Origin: Ascidiella aspersa
Lineage: Eukaryota
Direction of reading: 5' to 3'
Assembly: GCA_963924565.1 (NCBI GenBank)
Contig: OZ004615.1
Coordinates: forward strand, 8,928,001-8,992,000
Length of the DNA: 64,000 nt
Notes under the pieces: model-generated
Seen by the model: only the letters and a program-made list of their open reading frames with translations
Told to the model about the DNA's origin: nothing
Databases searched by the model: none
Program-made: the position numbers and the translations under genes
Part shown: positions 1 to 13,500 of the stretch, piece after piece
Position numbering within the stretch: position 1 is the first letter of the stretch
Layout of the letters: every line of letters starts with the position of its first letter

Positions 1-199
1 ATTTCTACGTATACCCTTTTGCCGATTTTTGACGAACAACACAGCGTTGGCTCAAATGCTAGATATTATTTACGAATTTTGCGGACAGCTTGTGAGTATA
101 AATATTTTGATTCAAGTATTTAATTTCTGTTTTTTGCTTAGTTATCGCACTATGCTCGCAGCGTTTCTGTAATTATAGAAGGCGTATACGTTTTAGGAC

Positions 200-3125
200 C
201 TCGTAACACACAGTACTGCGGCGTCTGCACACTTTGGCGTTTTAAGTGGAGAATAAACTGCGTTGCGTCATACGGTTTGATTTCGCCCCGTGAAATATAA
301 ACTTGGTAGCGAAAGGCAGTCACATTTCACCAGGCAGGGAAATTCAAACACCTGGGAATTTACGACGACACGGCAGATGTAAGTAGGCGGCGTTGTGGTG
401 GCGCGATTCTTAAAACGAAGCCGGCATCGTAAGGTCACATCTTACTATCCATTGTTACGCATTTGACCTACCACTGGCGCGCCATTGTGAACGATTGCCG
501 CCCGCGCCCGCCTGCGTTAGCGGACATTTGCGACGCTTTAAATTTGACATTAAAATTGTTTCAGGTGCGGTGAAACATAGTAGCTGGAATGAAAGCGGTA
601 AAAATGACGAGCAGTGAAAGCTTGCTTGCCTTGGACCCAAGCTTAAATTCAGTTGAAGGCTTAAACAACGCTGCACATGATTTATGGCTGTCAATTCGCA
701 GCGGATAACACAGATCGAGTTATGTCGGTTCGTTCCCTGAATGAAACGGTTTATTTGCGTTGTAGCACTCGGCAAACGCCAAGTTGTGCGCAAATGGATG
801 CCAGTGTATGACTTGAAATACCTGTCATTGTCATAAACGTTTTCGAATGTTTGCCAAACCGGGATGTACCGCCGTTTGTAGGGCGTTCCGATATGAACTA
901 AGTCGCAAGCGGGAAATTTCGAATATACACACAGGCAAGATTTAGTGACATCTGCCGAAACGCAATTTCGAAAATATCCAGTGAAGTGTCATAGCGCCAG
1001 GGTACCGCGTATTCCGAGACCCCTTTTTTTTGCTTTTCTACAATACACTCGTGATCCGGCTCGGCCGGCGCGCCATTTTTAGGTTGGCCGCTGCGCGAAA
1101 AAAGTAGCTTTTGACACAAGCAGACGCCGGTGACAGTTTTATTCGAGCTGTTGTGAAGGCGCAGCTCGGCGAATGCAGTCTAGACTAAACCGGCAGCTAA
1201 GGCGTTTTGTAGAGCGTTTCCATGAAAAGCAAGAAACCGGTGCGGAGTGTTGACGTAATTCACGAATGTGTTTCAGCGTAAAGCGCGCAACATATTTCTG
1301 CTGAAGATCGTCAGAACCCGGTTTAGTTACTGACAAGGGTAGATTTAGTATTTTTGGAATGCAGTGGACTTTTTATTTGGCATTTGTAGTCAGTATTTGT
1401 TCGACAATGATTGGTCATTTTCGTATGGAATAATTTTAACATTTTCTACAATAAACCTCCTAAATCACTTAAAATAATGTTTTGTCTGATAAAAAGCGTT
1501 ACAGAAATATGTAATTTCCAATGTTACAACGAAACGCAAGCTAACAATATCGGTAGTTTTCGCCTACAAAGAGTTAACCACCAACTGTTGAATTTGAAAT
1601 GCCACGTCAGAACTTAGCCAGCTTCAGCTTTGCCAGCCGCATAAAAAACAGCTTTGTTTAGGCGTGTCCATTTCTTTGTTGGACACGGCCGGACAAGGAC
1701 AAGGGACAATGGCGCGTTGCACGTGTGCAAGTGTCAAGTGTACGACAAATCCAGTTCAGGGTCAACGCCCGGCGGCCCAAATCGCGCCCGGTGGAAGCGG
1801 ACGCCGCTGCGCTGTCTTGCAGGTGCTTGTGGCAACAAGCTTTTGTGAAGGCGTGACCCTGACCCGGTAACCGCTATCGGTCATTCTAGCAGGCCTGAGC
1901 CGAGACACTAACAAAAAACACGCAGTCATAACGTTTGTGAGTCGGTCCTTGTGAGAACGATTTAAAAGAGTTGAATACTGCTCGTAATAATCTGTTATGG
2001 ACATAATTACAAAATATTTTAACATCGTTCGTTGTGGTTACGTATGTGCGTATCTTCGGACGGCGTGGGCTTGAGTTGAAAGCTACGCGAGCGTGAAGCA
2101 GCATCGACGCATTTCATGTTGCGCGGAGCAACGATACAGCGCAGGTTTGGCGTTTTTATCAGAGCCGTCGCATAAGTGACCGTCGGTCGGACGCTGAGGA
2201 AAGCAAAAACGTTGCCGCGTGCATTCGCCGCGGTACGTGTTTGTTTTGCTATTTACGCAAGGCGACACAGACTTTGAACCAAACCCGCGCGAAACTGGAC
2301 GAAACTCTTCCCAGAAAAAGAAAGCGTAAATTTAGCCAGCGAACGCGCGCCTGGCCGTATAAGACGGCGTTCGAGATGAGTCAGTAGTTTTTTTGGGCCC
2401 CGCGATGATTTGATGGCGTTTTTACGTCACCGCTCAGTGCTGCGTTTGGCACCGCTCAAAAGCTCCGCTTAATCGGATTATCCCGACACGCAAAGCAAGT
2501 GGCCAACGCGCATCGAATATATGATCGCTGCGTTCGATTGTCTACGTCTTGCCAACGCAAGTTCTCCAAGTTTTGCTGCTTGCGCCAGTTATAAATAGGA
2601 AGAACTTTTTTAGGTGATTAGCAATGCGCCACTACCGCCGCCCTCACTGCTTTAGTCACACACGCATGGGATGAGTAAATTGGCGTCGACTGGTCCGATG
2701 GTCAGTTACCCTTTATTTTATCAGGCCCGACACAGCGTTGCGTCCGCCGAAGCTCCCCGCAGCGCAATTGTCAATTTCCGTCCTCGAAATTCTACTCGCG
2801 TCGATTACGCATCGCTATCGCGTGATTTTTATTTGCGACACTTACAATTTTAGACTTGGTCGACGCGATTTGGTACTATTGCCAGTGAGATGGCAAATCG
2901 GACGAAGATGCGACGGGCCGGAGATTTTTAGGTCACCCACAATCTCGGCCTGCCGGTTGTTGACCGATAGGATTTGTGCTTTGTGTGTTAGCGCTGGCTT
3001 ATGCAAACCACTATCTGCAAATAAATCGCCACAGCGCCAAGACTCGATCTTTCTAGGTTCTTGTGTATTCGCTTCAGTCAGTCCTGATTCCGCCGAGGTC
3101 AGAACGTGTTGCTAGCAGATATGGT
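200..3125 (+). promoter_or_regulatory. Upstream GC/CpG-rich non-coding region of Lmx1; candidate TATA box at 2590-2596 and possible non-coding first exon or outron
   Basis: GC-rich blocks without credible ORFs; TATAAAT at 2590; possible donor ATG|gtaaag at 3123; strong acceptor tttttcctttcag at 4364 upstream of the first coding ATG. Confidence 0.35.
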
Positions 3126-4588
3126 AAAGATTTTCCAGCGTAATTCAGGACAGTTACATTGTAATTTGGTTTAGAACTTTTCATTATTTTTCAAGCTGCA
3201 TTTTTATATAATTTAAAAACTTTGAAAAATAATCTGAGAAATATGCTGGGTGAATAAATGGCGAAGTTAAGTGATTGTGTTCATTTCTTACTGTGAAGTC
3301 TTTTTTTCTGATTTACCAGTTGTTTGATAACTGTTATGGCGAAATAAGAATACAACTCTAACCACCTGAATTTACGAAATGACAAGAATGGTGTGAGGAG
3401 CTCAATGATGTTTAAAGCAAGACTATTATAAAAAATTGTTAAAGTTTCAATTAGTTTTATTAAATTTTTTTTCAAGTCAATGGTATAATCGTTTTGTAAA
3501 TAGAACGCTATAATACGAAGCTTATGTTAGTTTTAATATATTTTCGTTCAAGTACTTGGAAGACTGTCAACGTCAATATTATTAAAATAGCTTCCATCTA
3601 AAGGCATTTTCCAGAAAAGTGACCCAAAGCGGAATACATGTCACATTTTCTAAGAAAGACAACCATGTGAGCAAAAAGCCGCGGGGTAAATGTGTAACAG
3701 TCCAAATCGGATTACTGTGGTTAGATCTGTCGCAATAAACTTGGACTTATCTCACCCAAGTTTTAGTAATTACAACCGTACTTGGGAGGGTCATGACCCT
3801 TCCCTGTAATACGCAAATATGAAGCAGGCTTCGGGGGGTTAGCGCTGCTGTATCGAACAGCCTAGGAAATGCGACTTAAAACATCCGGCTTGACGGTTGA
3901 ATATGGTGGTTGCCCAGCGCGGAAAAAAGAGCATCGCGTTATAAATGATGCGGGAAGGCAGCGCCGGAAAAGCTATTGCCTGTCGCGGTCTCAAAGTTTA
4001 GGAATCGCGGAATGAAGAGTTGGGATCATATCCGCCATTTTAAAAGACGTGAACTATCAGCAGTGGCCTGGGACGTTTGAGGGTTACTTGTATATTCAGA
4101 TGGTATAGTTAAAGAACAAAAATATGAAGAACAGAAATTTAGTAAATATTAAGCAAGAAAAAATATTGTATTACTTTTTTGTTTGAATTTATAAAACGTT
4201 CTGTTTACAAGATGGTCAAAATAAAAAAGAATAACATTTAATAATATATTGTTTAGCAAACTGTATTTCACTAGAAAAAGATAGCATAAAATAACAAATT
4301 AAAGTATTTACAACGCATTAAAATCTACGATTATCCATAGTGCTATAACGATTTTTCCTTTCAGACTCTAGTCGTATATGTCGGTTGACTCCGTAACACC
4401 AGCATTGTCACAGTTGTTTCTGTTTTCTTGGAATCTTACCTGGCGCAAGCCTCTTATATAAGCTGGCTGCTGGTTCCTGTTGCGCCGACACCCTGTGTTG
4501 CAGCTCGACCACTGTCGACGGCCCCGCGCCCCCCAAAAGTTCCACTCCGACCCAGGTGCCCCCATTCTCGGCCCATGTTCGTCCCTTG

Positions 4589-7500
4589 ATGAAAGTGGAA
4601 GCGTTCGATATGACAAATATGGAAGAAGACGAGGCAAATGAAGAAGGTGGGTTGGAATCGCTTAGCAAACTCTTATTTTCGAATATAAGATACAAATAAA
4701 TATTCACAGTAAAATTTCGATTGTCAACAGTCGCTATAGCTTATAATATCGAGATAAACTTCAAACCTCCAAGAGAAGTTTACTTTGTAAAATTTGCGGC
4801 AAATATTTATTAACATTGTTAGTAAAAATGAAAAAAAATGTAGCTTTTTCGTTGAAAGTAAGCCGTAATGATCGATGTAACAATAGTGTATTATGCTAAT
4901 TTGTAAGTGTTATTTTTAAGAGCTATTTCGTAGGGGTTTTTATTTGGCAAGACTGCAATTTTTTTAAAGTTATAGAAATGTGTAAGCAAGCAAAAACGTT
5001 TAAATAGTTCGACAGTGCTGCGAATATATTTTCGATGATTTTAAACATAGTTTCTGAAGAAACTTTCTTAACGTCTATTTTTGTTTCTGAACGTCTATTT
5101 TTGTTTTACTAAAATCTAAATTTAAATTAATAGTCACCATCATATAATAACGAAAGGTAAAATATAGCCCATTGCTCATACTACTGGGTACGCATTTCTA
5201 TAATTATTTTAAGCAAAGCAGCGTCCCGCTATACATCACATCTTTTTCGGGCCAAGCCTTATTTACATACAGTGCTCAAGCAATAGTTGTTGGCTGTGTT
5301 ACATTCTTTACTGCAATGTTAACGTTTGATACTACTATTAATAGTAAGCGTAAATAGAACAATAATAATGACAAATTCGATAGTGGCTAATCCTCCTTAT
5401 GTACAAAATTCTCAGATGCCAATCTTTTATAGGAAATTAATTGGTTTGTGCTGTTATTTAGAAATCTTAGGCTTAGTTTTTCAAGGACGTCTAAAATATA
5501 AATAGAACACAAAATTGTCATTTACTTGTCGAACTACAAAGATCGTAAAATAAAAAAGTTTCTTTTAAAATGTTTATGGAAATATGGCAACCAGATTAAT
5601 CATGTTTGCTTAATGCGCATTTAAAACATCATTATTGTTTAAAACGATGCGACATAAAATTTATGCAAAAATATGTGCTTGCAATTTTGCCGACTGAGTC
5701 ATTAAATGCCAAAAATTTGAAAGATAAACAAAATTTATTTTATTTATACTAACAGCTTAATCTTCTTTTTTTACGTGGGGCGAAGTTTGAAATATAGCGA
5801 AGTAGGGTGTTATTGGGTATTTCAAAAAACGTTTGGCTGATGACGTCATCGAGATAAAAGGCGTTGCGAAAGCGTTGCGTGTCCTTAAGCACTTTTAGAC
5901 ACTCTGTTACGCGTTCTACGTCAATCAAGCGCAACAAACAAACACTCGGGAGAGACAAACATTTTCTTGCGAGATTTGCCTTGCGCGACACTGTATGCGC
6001 AGCTGGCAAAGAATCCTCTCGAAATGCGGCGTCTTGATAACTTGGGAATGTTGTTCGCCTCCAAAATTTTGGACCGGTTTACTGGCGCATTTCTTAATCT
6101 CCTAATATCGAATTGCAATCAATAGAAAATGGCTATCGGCATTCGTAACGGTGGTTTGGGTTAAATATAATTGAAAAAATGTGTAATTTAAAAATTAGCT
6201 TTTTTAATTTACTCACAAATTGTTTCACTCACAAAATTATTTTTTCATTTTGTTTTACTCACAAAATTATTTTAACTACAAAACAAGAAACTATACAACT
6301 TGCGAAGGCCTGAATTCCAGCGATGAACCCTAAACAAACTCGGTCAATATTTTTGTGCGTATCTTCTAGATCCTCAAGTGTCACTGCCCGTGCACAACGA
6401 CTCCATCTACGTGGGATCGAACCACTTCAGCGATTGCGGCGGGCTTTCGGGCGACCCTTTTCCGCTGGAATCGAGCGGCAACTGTCCGGAGCTATGCGCC
6501 GGATGCCACAAGCCCATCTTCGACAAGTACTACATGTGGATCGACCACCGGGCTTGGCACGAGGCGTGCGTCCAGTGCAGAATGTGCGGGCAAGCCCTCA
6601 AGGACACCTGTTACCTCAAGGACTGTAATCTCTACTGTCGACAGGATTACAACCAGTAAGTGACTTAATGAGTTTTCGTGCAATGTTCGATTAGAGTGTG
6701 GAAAATTTTTATGATAGCAACCAGTCGCGTTTCCACCTCCACCAGTCGCGTGTATTAATGTACCACTAACGTGTTTTCATGTTTTGGGGCAAACAGACAG
6801 AACTTGATTATTCACCTAGAACTGAAAGAGATTTGTATCAAATATTTTGACAGATCCAACTTAAGAGTGTATTGCTAAGAAAATGTTTTGCAAAATCTAC
6901 TTGAGTTTTTTTTTCAGTTTTTACTATGATTGAAAACATTTAACCGTTGGTTTCAATCAATGGTGAATTCACTTGAAAAGGTTTACTGGCGGGACCGCGT
7001 CTGTCCAACGACTGTCATTCCTCGAAAGTAACCATCCTCTTCGAAATAAAATAGCAGCGACTGGTGATTGCTTAGGATTTGATAAAAAAAAGTCTGATTT
7101 AATGGCCATTAACCTCACACTCCCCTAAACCACTTTGGTGGGAACACTCCGATGTCGGCCACGCAGTTGTCTGGTTTCATTCGGTCTGGGTCTGGGCATT
7201 ACGTTGATGTGAGAAATAGCGCGTTATTGCCGGGAAGTCGGTTTTCGATTCGCCTGGAATGGCGATATCTCCTTTTCAGTCGAAAGCCACAATTTCTGTT
7301 GGTCTAATTGACGGATGCCCGCTTCACACCGTTCCACCGGGCCAACAATACTTTCGAAATGGCAATTTTTGCGCTACCGGGAATTATCACCCTGCTATTG
7401 GTGCGCCGTGAAGCGTGACGTGGCCTGGAATTGATGAAGATTACAGCTGCGTGGGTGGTGCGAGCGACGAGCATATAGACCCCATTGTGATTTTCACCAG

Positions 7501-10500
7501 CCGGATTAGGATAGCGTTACGGTCCACACACTCACTCATACACACACATACGTCGTACACGCCAACACATTGTTGCCATACTGTTTCCTCGTCGTAAATG
7601 TTTGTTGTTGAAAACGTACGTCGTCAGAGAAACGCAAAACAAATAAATGTTAAAAATATCAATTTGTTCAAGGGTTACAACATTTCGCGGGGTATAATTA
7701 TGTTTTTGGCGTCTGCTGACGCAAACGCACCCCTAATTATCGCCTTGGATATCAATTAGTTTTCTTGTCTGGTTAAGCTGAGGCTAATGGTTACATCTGA
7801 AACAAAATTGGGTAAAAGGTTAGGTTTGAAAGTATATAACAAAATGGTCAAACCGTTTAATTCTCGCAATTAAAAGTTTAGCTATCCAATTTCTAATCCA
7901 GCAGTCTATTGGCGGATTTGTAATGCAGTTCGTTTTTTAGCCACTTTGATTCGCGTTGAATAGGTTGTCTAAAAATTAACCGAGAAATATAACCAATATT
8001 ATATAGCAGAAGTCGTGTACGGTTTTCATATAAGCGAGGGATGAGTTCAGCCAATAGGGGCGTGACTTGACAAAACTCTGGGCAAACGTGCGCCGGGGAA
8101 ACTGTTCAGTCCGCTTGTGTGGCCAGGGAACACAATCACGCTCGCAGAAGCCATACCCGCAACTGAACAGATTATTCCTGCACGAAATTTGACATTCTTA
8201 ACCCAAACAGGAAGGCGGCGCTTGCGATTTCCCAGAAAACCGCTATTTCCGAGACCAATTAAGTCATGGCCGATGCGATGGCCTATATTACTTACACATG
8301 TCTGAATCCAACACTGTGCTTGTTGTTTCGGGCGTGTGCATTAAGACTGTTATCAAAACATGTTGCCCTTTATTTTAGGCAGGCGATAGCAGGTTAAACG
8401 AAACAAAATTGCGACCTTAACGAGACTCCTGAACGGTTAATAAATATTTGGATCACGCCATGTATGATATATGTGGGTGGCTGAGTGAGAAAATGGGTTG
8501 AGAGCAATTAGTGTAAGCGGATCATCTTTGAAACAACAGCGAGCCATTATGGGCCGCTTTTTTGGCGTTGCCCCCAGTCCGGCAAATGCCAGATTTCCCA
8601 TTGCAAATCTCGCGGCAGCGCCCGAGTGAGTGCCATCGGATGCTCAATAGACCGTCACCTGTCCGAGGTGTCCCGCCTTTGTCGCCGCCACTCGAAACCG
8701 ACACATTCGTCGGCCGTTGGCTAAACAAGGGATTTCGAGGCGGCGAGTCGGTGGCAGCGGGTTGCGCTCAGTTGGCAGCCTTCGTGGGAACCTCACCGGC
8801 TGGCCGCGGGCTGCGCCTAGACCAACAGAGCTTCTCCAGCTCGATCACAGCCAAGGCGTTTCGCGGTCGGTCGGCTTTCCTGGCACTGCGTTGCGTTGTT
8901 TCTTGCATGTGACGCGAGCCAGGTGGGCCGCGTAAGGTCGGGTCGACGAAGAGCTGGAGTTCTCTGGTGACCTGCTAACCGGCACCGGAATAAAGGCCCA
9001 GCGCCGGTTCCACTGTCGAGTTGCAAGGCGTCCGACAAGGGCATAATTTAATTAAACACAAACGCCGGTCCTAGTGTGCGCGTAATAAAACGCGCCCCGA
9101 ACTTGAGCACAGCCAATAAGGCCGAGCAATTTGTTCCGACACGCTTCCCTTCCGTTGGCAAAGCGATTCCACTTGGTCACATCACCTTCGTCATTGAGCT
9201 TTGCTTTAGAGTTTGGTTAACATAAAACACACTGTTTGTGGCACATGGAATGAATAACAATATATTTATCAATGATGGTGCCGTTTTTTGTTTGCCATTG
9301 TAATTTTGAAGAGTATGTTTAATATGTGAGGTTTAGCGAAACAGGTTTTTAATTTCTATGTTTCTGTTGATCAAACCAGCCTGGCGGGTCCCGCAAACCA
9401 GGCAAATCGCAAGTGCTTTGCGTCCTGCGTCGATTCCGGTTTCTGAAATGCCGAATGCGTCAAGCGAATGCGCGCTATTTCTCTCGCGGCCGGTCCTAAT
9501 GACCGCGTTCGTCTGTCACGGGACACCGCTCTGCGCGTCAAGCTATGCGATTACACAAACCCGTCCGGCCACCGTAAGTGCCAATTTCGCCGGGCTCCAA
9601 ATGCCTGCGCTCGGCCGTCCGCAAGCCCGGAGGTGCCGGCACAATGCGACACCGCCTAGCACGCGTTCTGCCGACTACGTCGAACGCTACACCAGCGGCT
9701 GACCGCACGACCTGGGCAAAATGCTTGTACATTCTACGGTTTCGGGCATATAATTTGGCTAACTTGTTCTGTTTTAGTATTTAACGAACAAACGCCCGGC
9801 AGGAATGGTCAAAAGTGCTTTACAGTTTATTTTTTCTTAATTCAAATTAACATCATTTATAGTCTACTATTTGTATTGGAACCGTTGGCATGGCCTCTTT
9901 TGAGACGTGTGTATATTTTTCGAATCACTGTTTCACTAAGCCTAATATTTACGAAAACAAAGGTCATTTCGAATGTGCTTATTTGTCCATTTGTTGTCTT
10001 GTACGTAAATCGTTAACTGTTGTACGATGTTATTTTTAATTTGGAATATTACATTGCGCAAGTTGCATTTGTGGTGCGCGAGAAAGCTCGATCGTTGACG
10101 CATTGTTCGCAACATTAGAAGTGTATTTTTATTGGTGCACTGTCACGAAACGCAAGGACTGGCCGAGAAATGAACTAATTAGCGGCCATCCCCTCCATAT
10201 ATTGCCGATTAGAGCCCAGTGCAAGCAATCACGCGGCTTATTTTCGATATCAACATGAAGCCAATTAATGTAACAAAAAATACTTCACATTGCCAACAAC
10301 GACCCAGCCAAATATGGTGACAAATTACACTGCCTAAGGGTGATTTTACAATTTGGTCTTTTGATATACGCCCACAGCGTGCATACGAACCCAATCTATT
10401 TTTACCCTAGCAGAAGAAATGCCTTAAGGTAGCGGAATACGGATTAAGCGAAATGTTTAATAAATTGTCACCTCAGTCGCTTATACAGAGGAAGCGTGAG

Positions 10501-13500
10501 AAAAAACATTTCCACTTAGATGTGTATAACTACGAGAATAAGTCGATTTACAAACACTATATGGCTTTGAATCATTGGCAAATACCCAACGCACCACTTC
10601 AAAGCCCTTCGTCACGTCATACCACGACGCCGACGGCTGTGGATATTAGCAGCTTTGCGCGGATTATAGACAATTTGCTTTTCAAAGTACATCCTCTATG
10701 TGATGCTTAGTCGGTAAAAGGTTTAAGCTAACAAATTCCCGGAATTTTGTGCGCGAGTCTTGCTGTTTTTATGGCGTTGTATCAGTATTACTTTCTGAAA
10801 CCACATCAGGCCAGTGATTATCGTGAAAATATCCGTTTTAAATTTAAAGGCTTTAGCAACAATTTTTAGAATTTGCAATTTCGAACAGACCGATTGCCGC
10901 AGGTTAACAACCGCCAAAAACGGACATAAAGAAAATGAGCCTTATTTTGCTTTTTGCGCATAAGTTGCGATTAATTTTGCAGCACTTCGGTGCAAACCAA
11001 AACACGCCCACATTTATAAAACGGGCCGAACGCGCCAATATCTGTCGCTGGAATTGGGTTGCGGACCACCCGCATTCATTTCGCGCCTCCAGGCAAGCCA
11101 CGAGAGGCCCATGATCGTGCCGAGGCTCCCTTGGGACGCTTATGGAAAATGGATTGACCGAGACTGGTCGCACGCAGCCGGCGCTTTGGGCTTCTATCTT
11201 CCAAGTACAACTAACCTGTCGCAGCTGATGCTGCCAAAGGGTTGCTTGCTGAAAACGAAGCGACGCAACGTAATATCCCCTTGGTGACGGAGTGTCTGAG
11301 TAACAGGACAGCGTTCACACCAGTCGCGTTTTCTTTAGGTTTAAAAGGACAACAATAGTTTTAAACTAACGGCCGTTTTGACATACGATCTCTCATGGTC
11401 AAGGTCCATAATAGGCGTGCGTTTGTCTTGGGCGGGAATGCTTCCACCTCAAACAGGAAGCTGCCACTTAAGCGCCTTATTTTGAACGCCGCTTATGTTA
11501 TCGACGGCCTATTGTTTCAAGTGCCAGTCAGGTAACGCGAGACCTTGGCGCGAGAATTTTAAGCCTGAAAATATTGAGCGGAATACTAACAGAAGCTTCT
11601 AGCCGCGCTATGATTTTGAGGTTCGAAATTTTCACAGTGATTTAATTGTCTCAAAAAACATTTTATCATTCTTTTGAGAGACAATTTAGGCGTGGGGACA
11701 AGCCAAGGTGATTGGGTACATTTTAATGCTATTGATTAGGTAACGGTTTCAAGATCAGCCGAAGGCTGCACCCAGATAAGCGCTTATAAAAACACAGGCG
11801 CCCGCGTCGAGAATTACGATCGAACCCATGAAGTGTATCATGAACAAGCATAGGCTATAAGGGCAAGTAGACCATTACAAAGCACTCCAAAATTATTTTT
11901 TTCCCGGTCGCAACGCTCATTTATGAGGTAGTTGAGCTGGTCAGTGCCTGGGACGAAACTTGAACCGCAAAATGCATAGCGTTTCGCAAGCTTGTGCTAT
12001 GATACGCTAAATAATGTATCAAGATTGTAGCAGCACGTGTAGGCGAACCCTTTAACGCCGCTTATCGTCCGGCCCAACATGAAACGCGATTTAGAAGTTC
12101 AATTGCATTAAGTTGATGTCATGTTTTATTAATGCAGTGAAATTACCGGGCCTGGGACGGGAGCCGCTGCTGCCAAACGTCACCGGGTTTCCATCGATTC
12201 GTGTCGGCGCCCGCGGCCTCTTTCGGGGACCCGACGGCCCCAGGCGCCGGTGGACGAAATTCGGTTAACACCCCTCGACGGTGACGGACTCGGTAGCAAT
12301 TATCGCGTTGGTGCGTGCGCGAGTTAAAACCACGTTAGTTTCGATCTCATAAAATATTAACCGTAGCTAAGTCGATGATAAGTTATTTATACGGGACAGG
12401 CAGCGATCGTGTGCGGTGGCGCCGCCGCCTTGCAACTTTCATGATCGAATAACGAATTAGTGCCCGCGACATGATTGATTTTTCGCGGCGAACTTATCGC
12501 CTAAATGCTTGCAACAGCAACAGACTCCGGGGCGAAGGACTCTTCGCTGGCGCCGTGCAATTTTCCCAATTGCATTTTCATCACCGCGCCGCCGCTGTCA
12601 AGAGAATGTAAGGCGCGATTTTTTATTCGCAAAATTGATATTGGCCATGTTGGTTTTCGTTATTGGCCTTAGCCACGGCTTGTCAATTCAATGGCAGTAC
12701 TCAATTGTTCATTGACGAAAATATCGGATTAATTTTTATTTGCACTTTTTCAAAAAAAAATATCCCTGTAGTTTTCTTGCAAGTTCATTTGTTATTGGTC
12801 CTGTTTGATTCATAATATAACATTTTTGATTTTTTAATAAACAGCAGAAAAAAGTGTCGATATTATTGAACTATATGTTTGGCCTAATCGGGCTACAGCA
12901 CAAAATTGCGACCATTCGTTTTTTGAAATAACACTGACTATTATTGCAATTCAACGAAGCCATTTCGTTAGCCGAAAAAATGTCTTCACGCCGATGTGTC
13001 TTTCTCCATTCGAAATGTCCGTTCCGCCGCGAGTCACGAACAGCGGTTGTCAATCGTCGGCTAGTAACGCTCGTGACCCGTGCCCGATCGCGGGCTCTTG
13101 TTGGCACAAAGTGTTTTGAATAGGTGTGACATCGGTCGTTTCCACGACTTATCCTAGTCGTAAGGTTGCACAGCCCATTTTTTTCCATCTATCATCACGA
13201 CACCGCGAGTTGGGAAATCTCCAGCCGGTATAACCCAACCTCTTCTGTATAGTTTGCTAAAACTTTGTTCGAAGTATATTGAAGCATAACTCACTGGCTT
13301 AAGTTTGATTTTGATTTTTATTCCCGCATTTCGACGTGTATATTTGTAAACCATTTACACGAAATACATTTCATGTTTTGTTTCCAAATATTTAAGAAAA
13401 GTCTATAATAGATGATTTAAAACGCCCTGCGTGGTTTCTTTTGCTTTAACAAACTGATATTTTTTCTAAAATTATTTAAGTAGATCGATTTTAATTAGGT

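Noticed and set aside
5068-6275. Short local duplications (AACGTCTATTTTTGTTT x2; ACTCACAAA x3), also ATGATCAGGTTT repeats at ~42917-43025
   Set aside because: Ordinary slippage-type repeats in AT-rich introns with no sign of function
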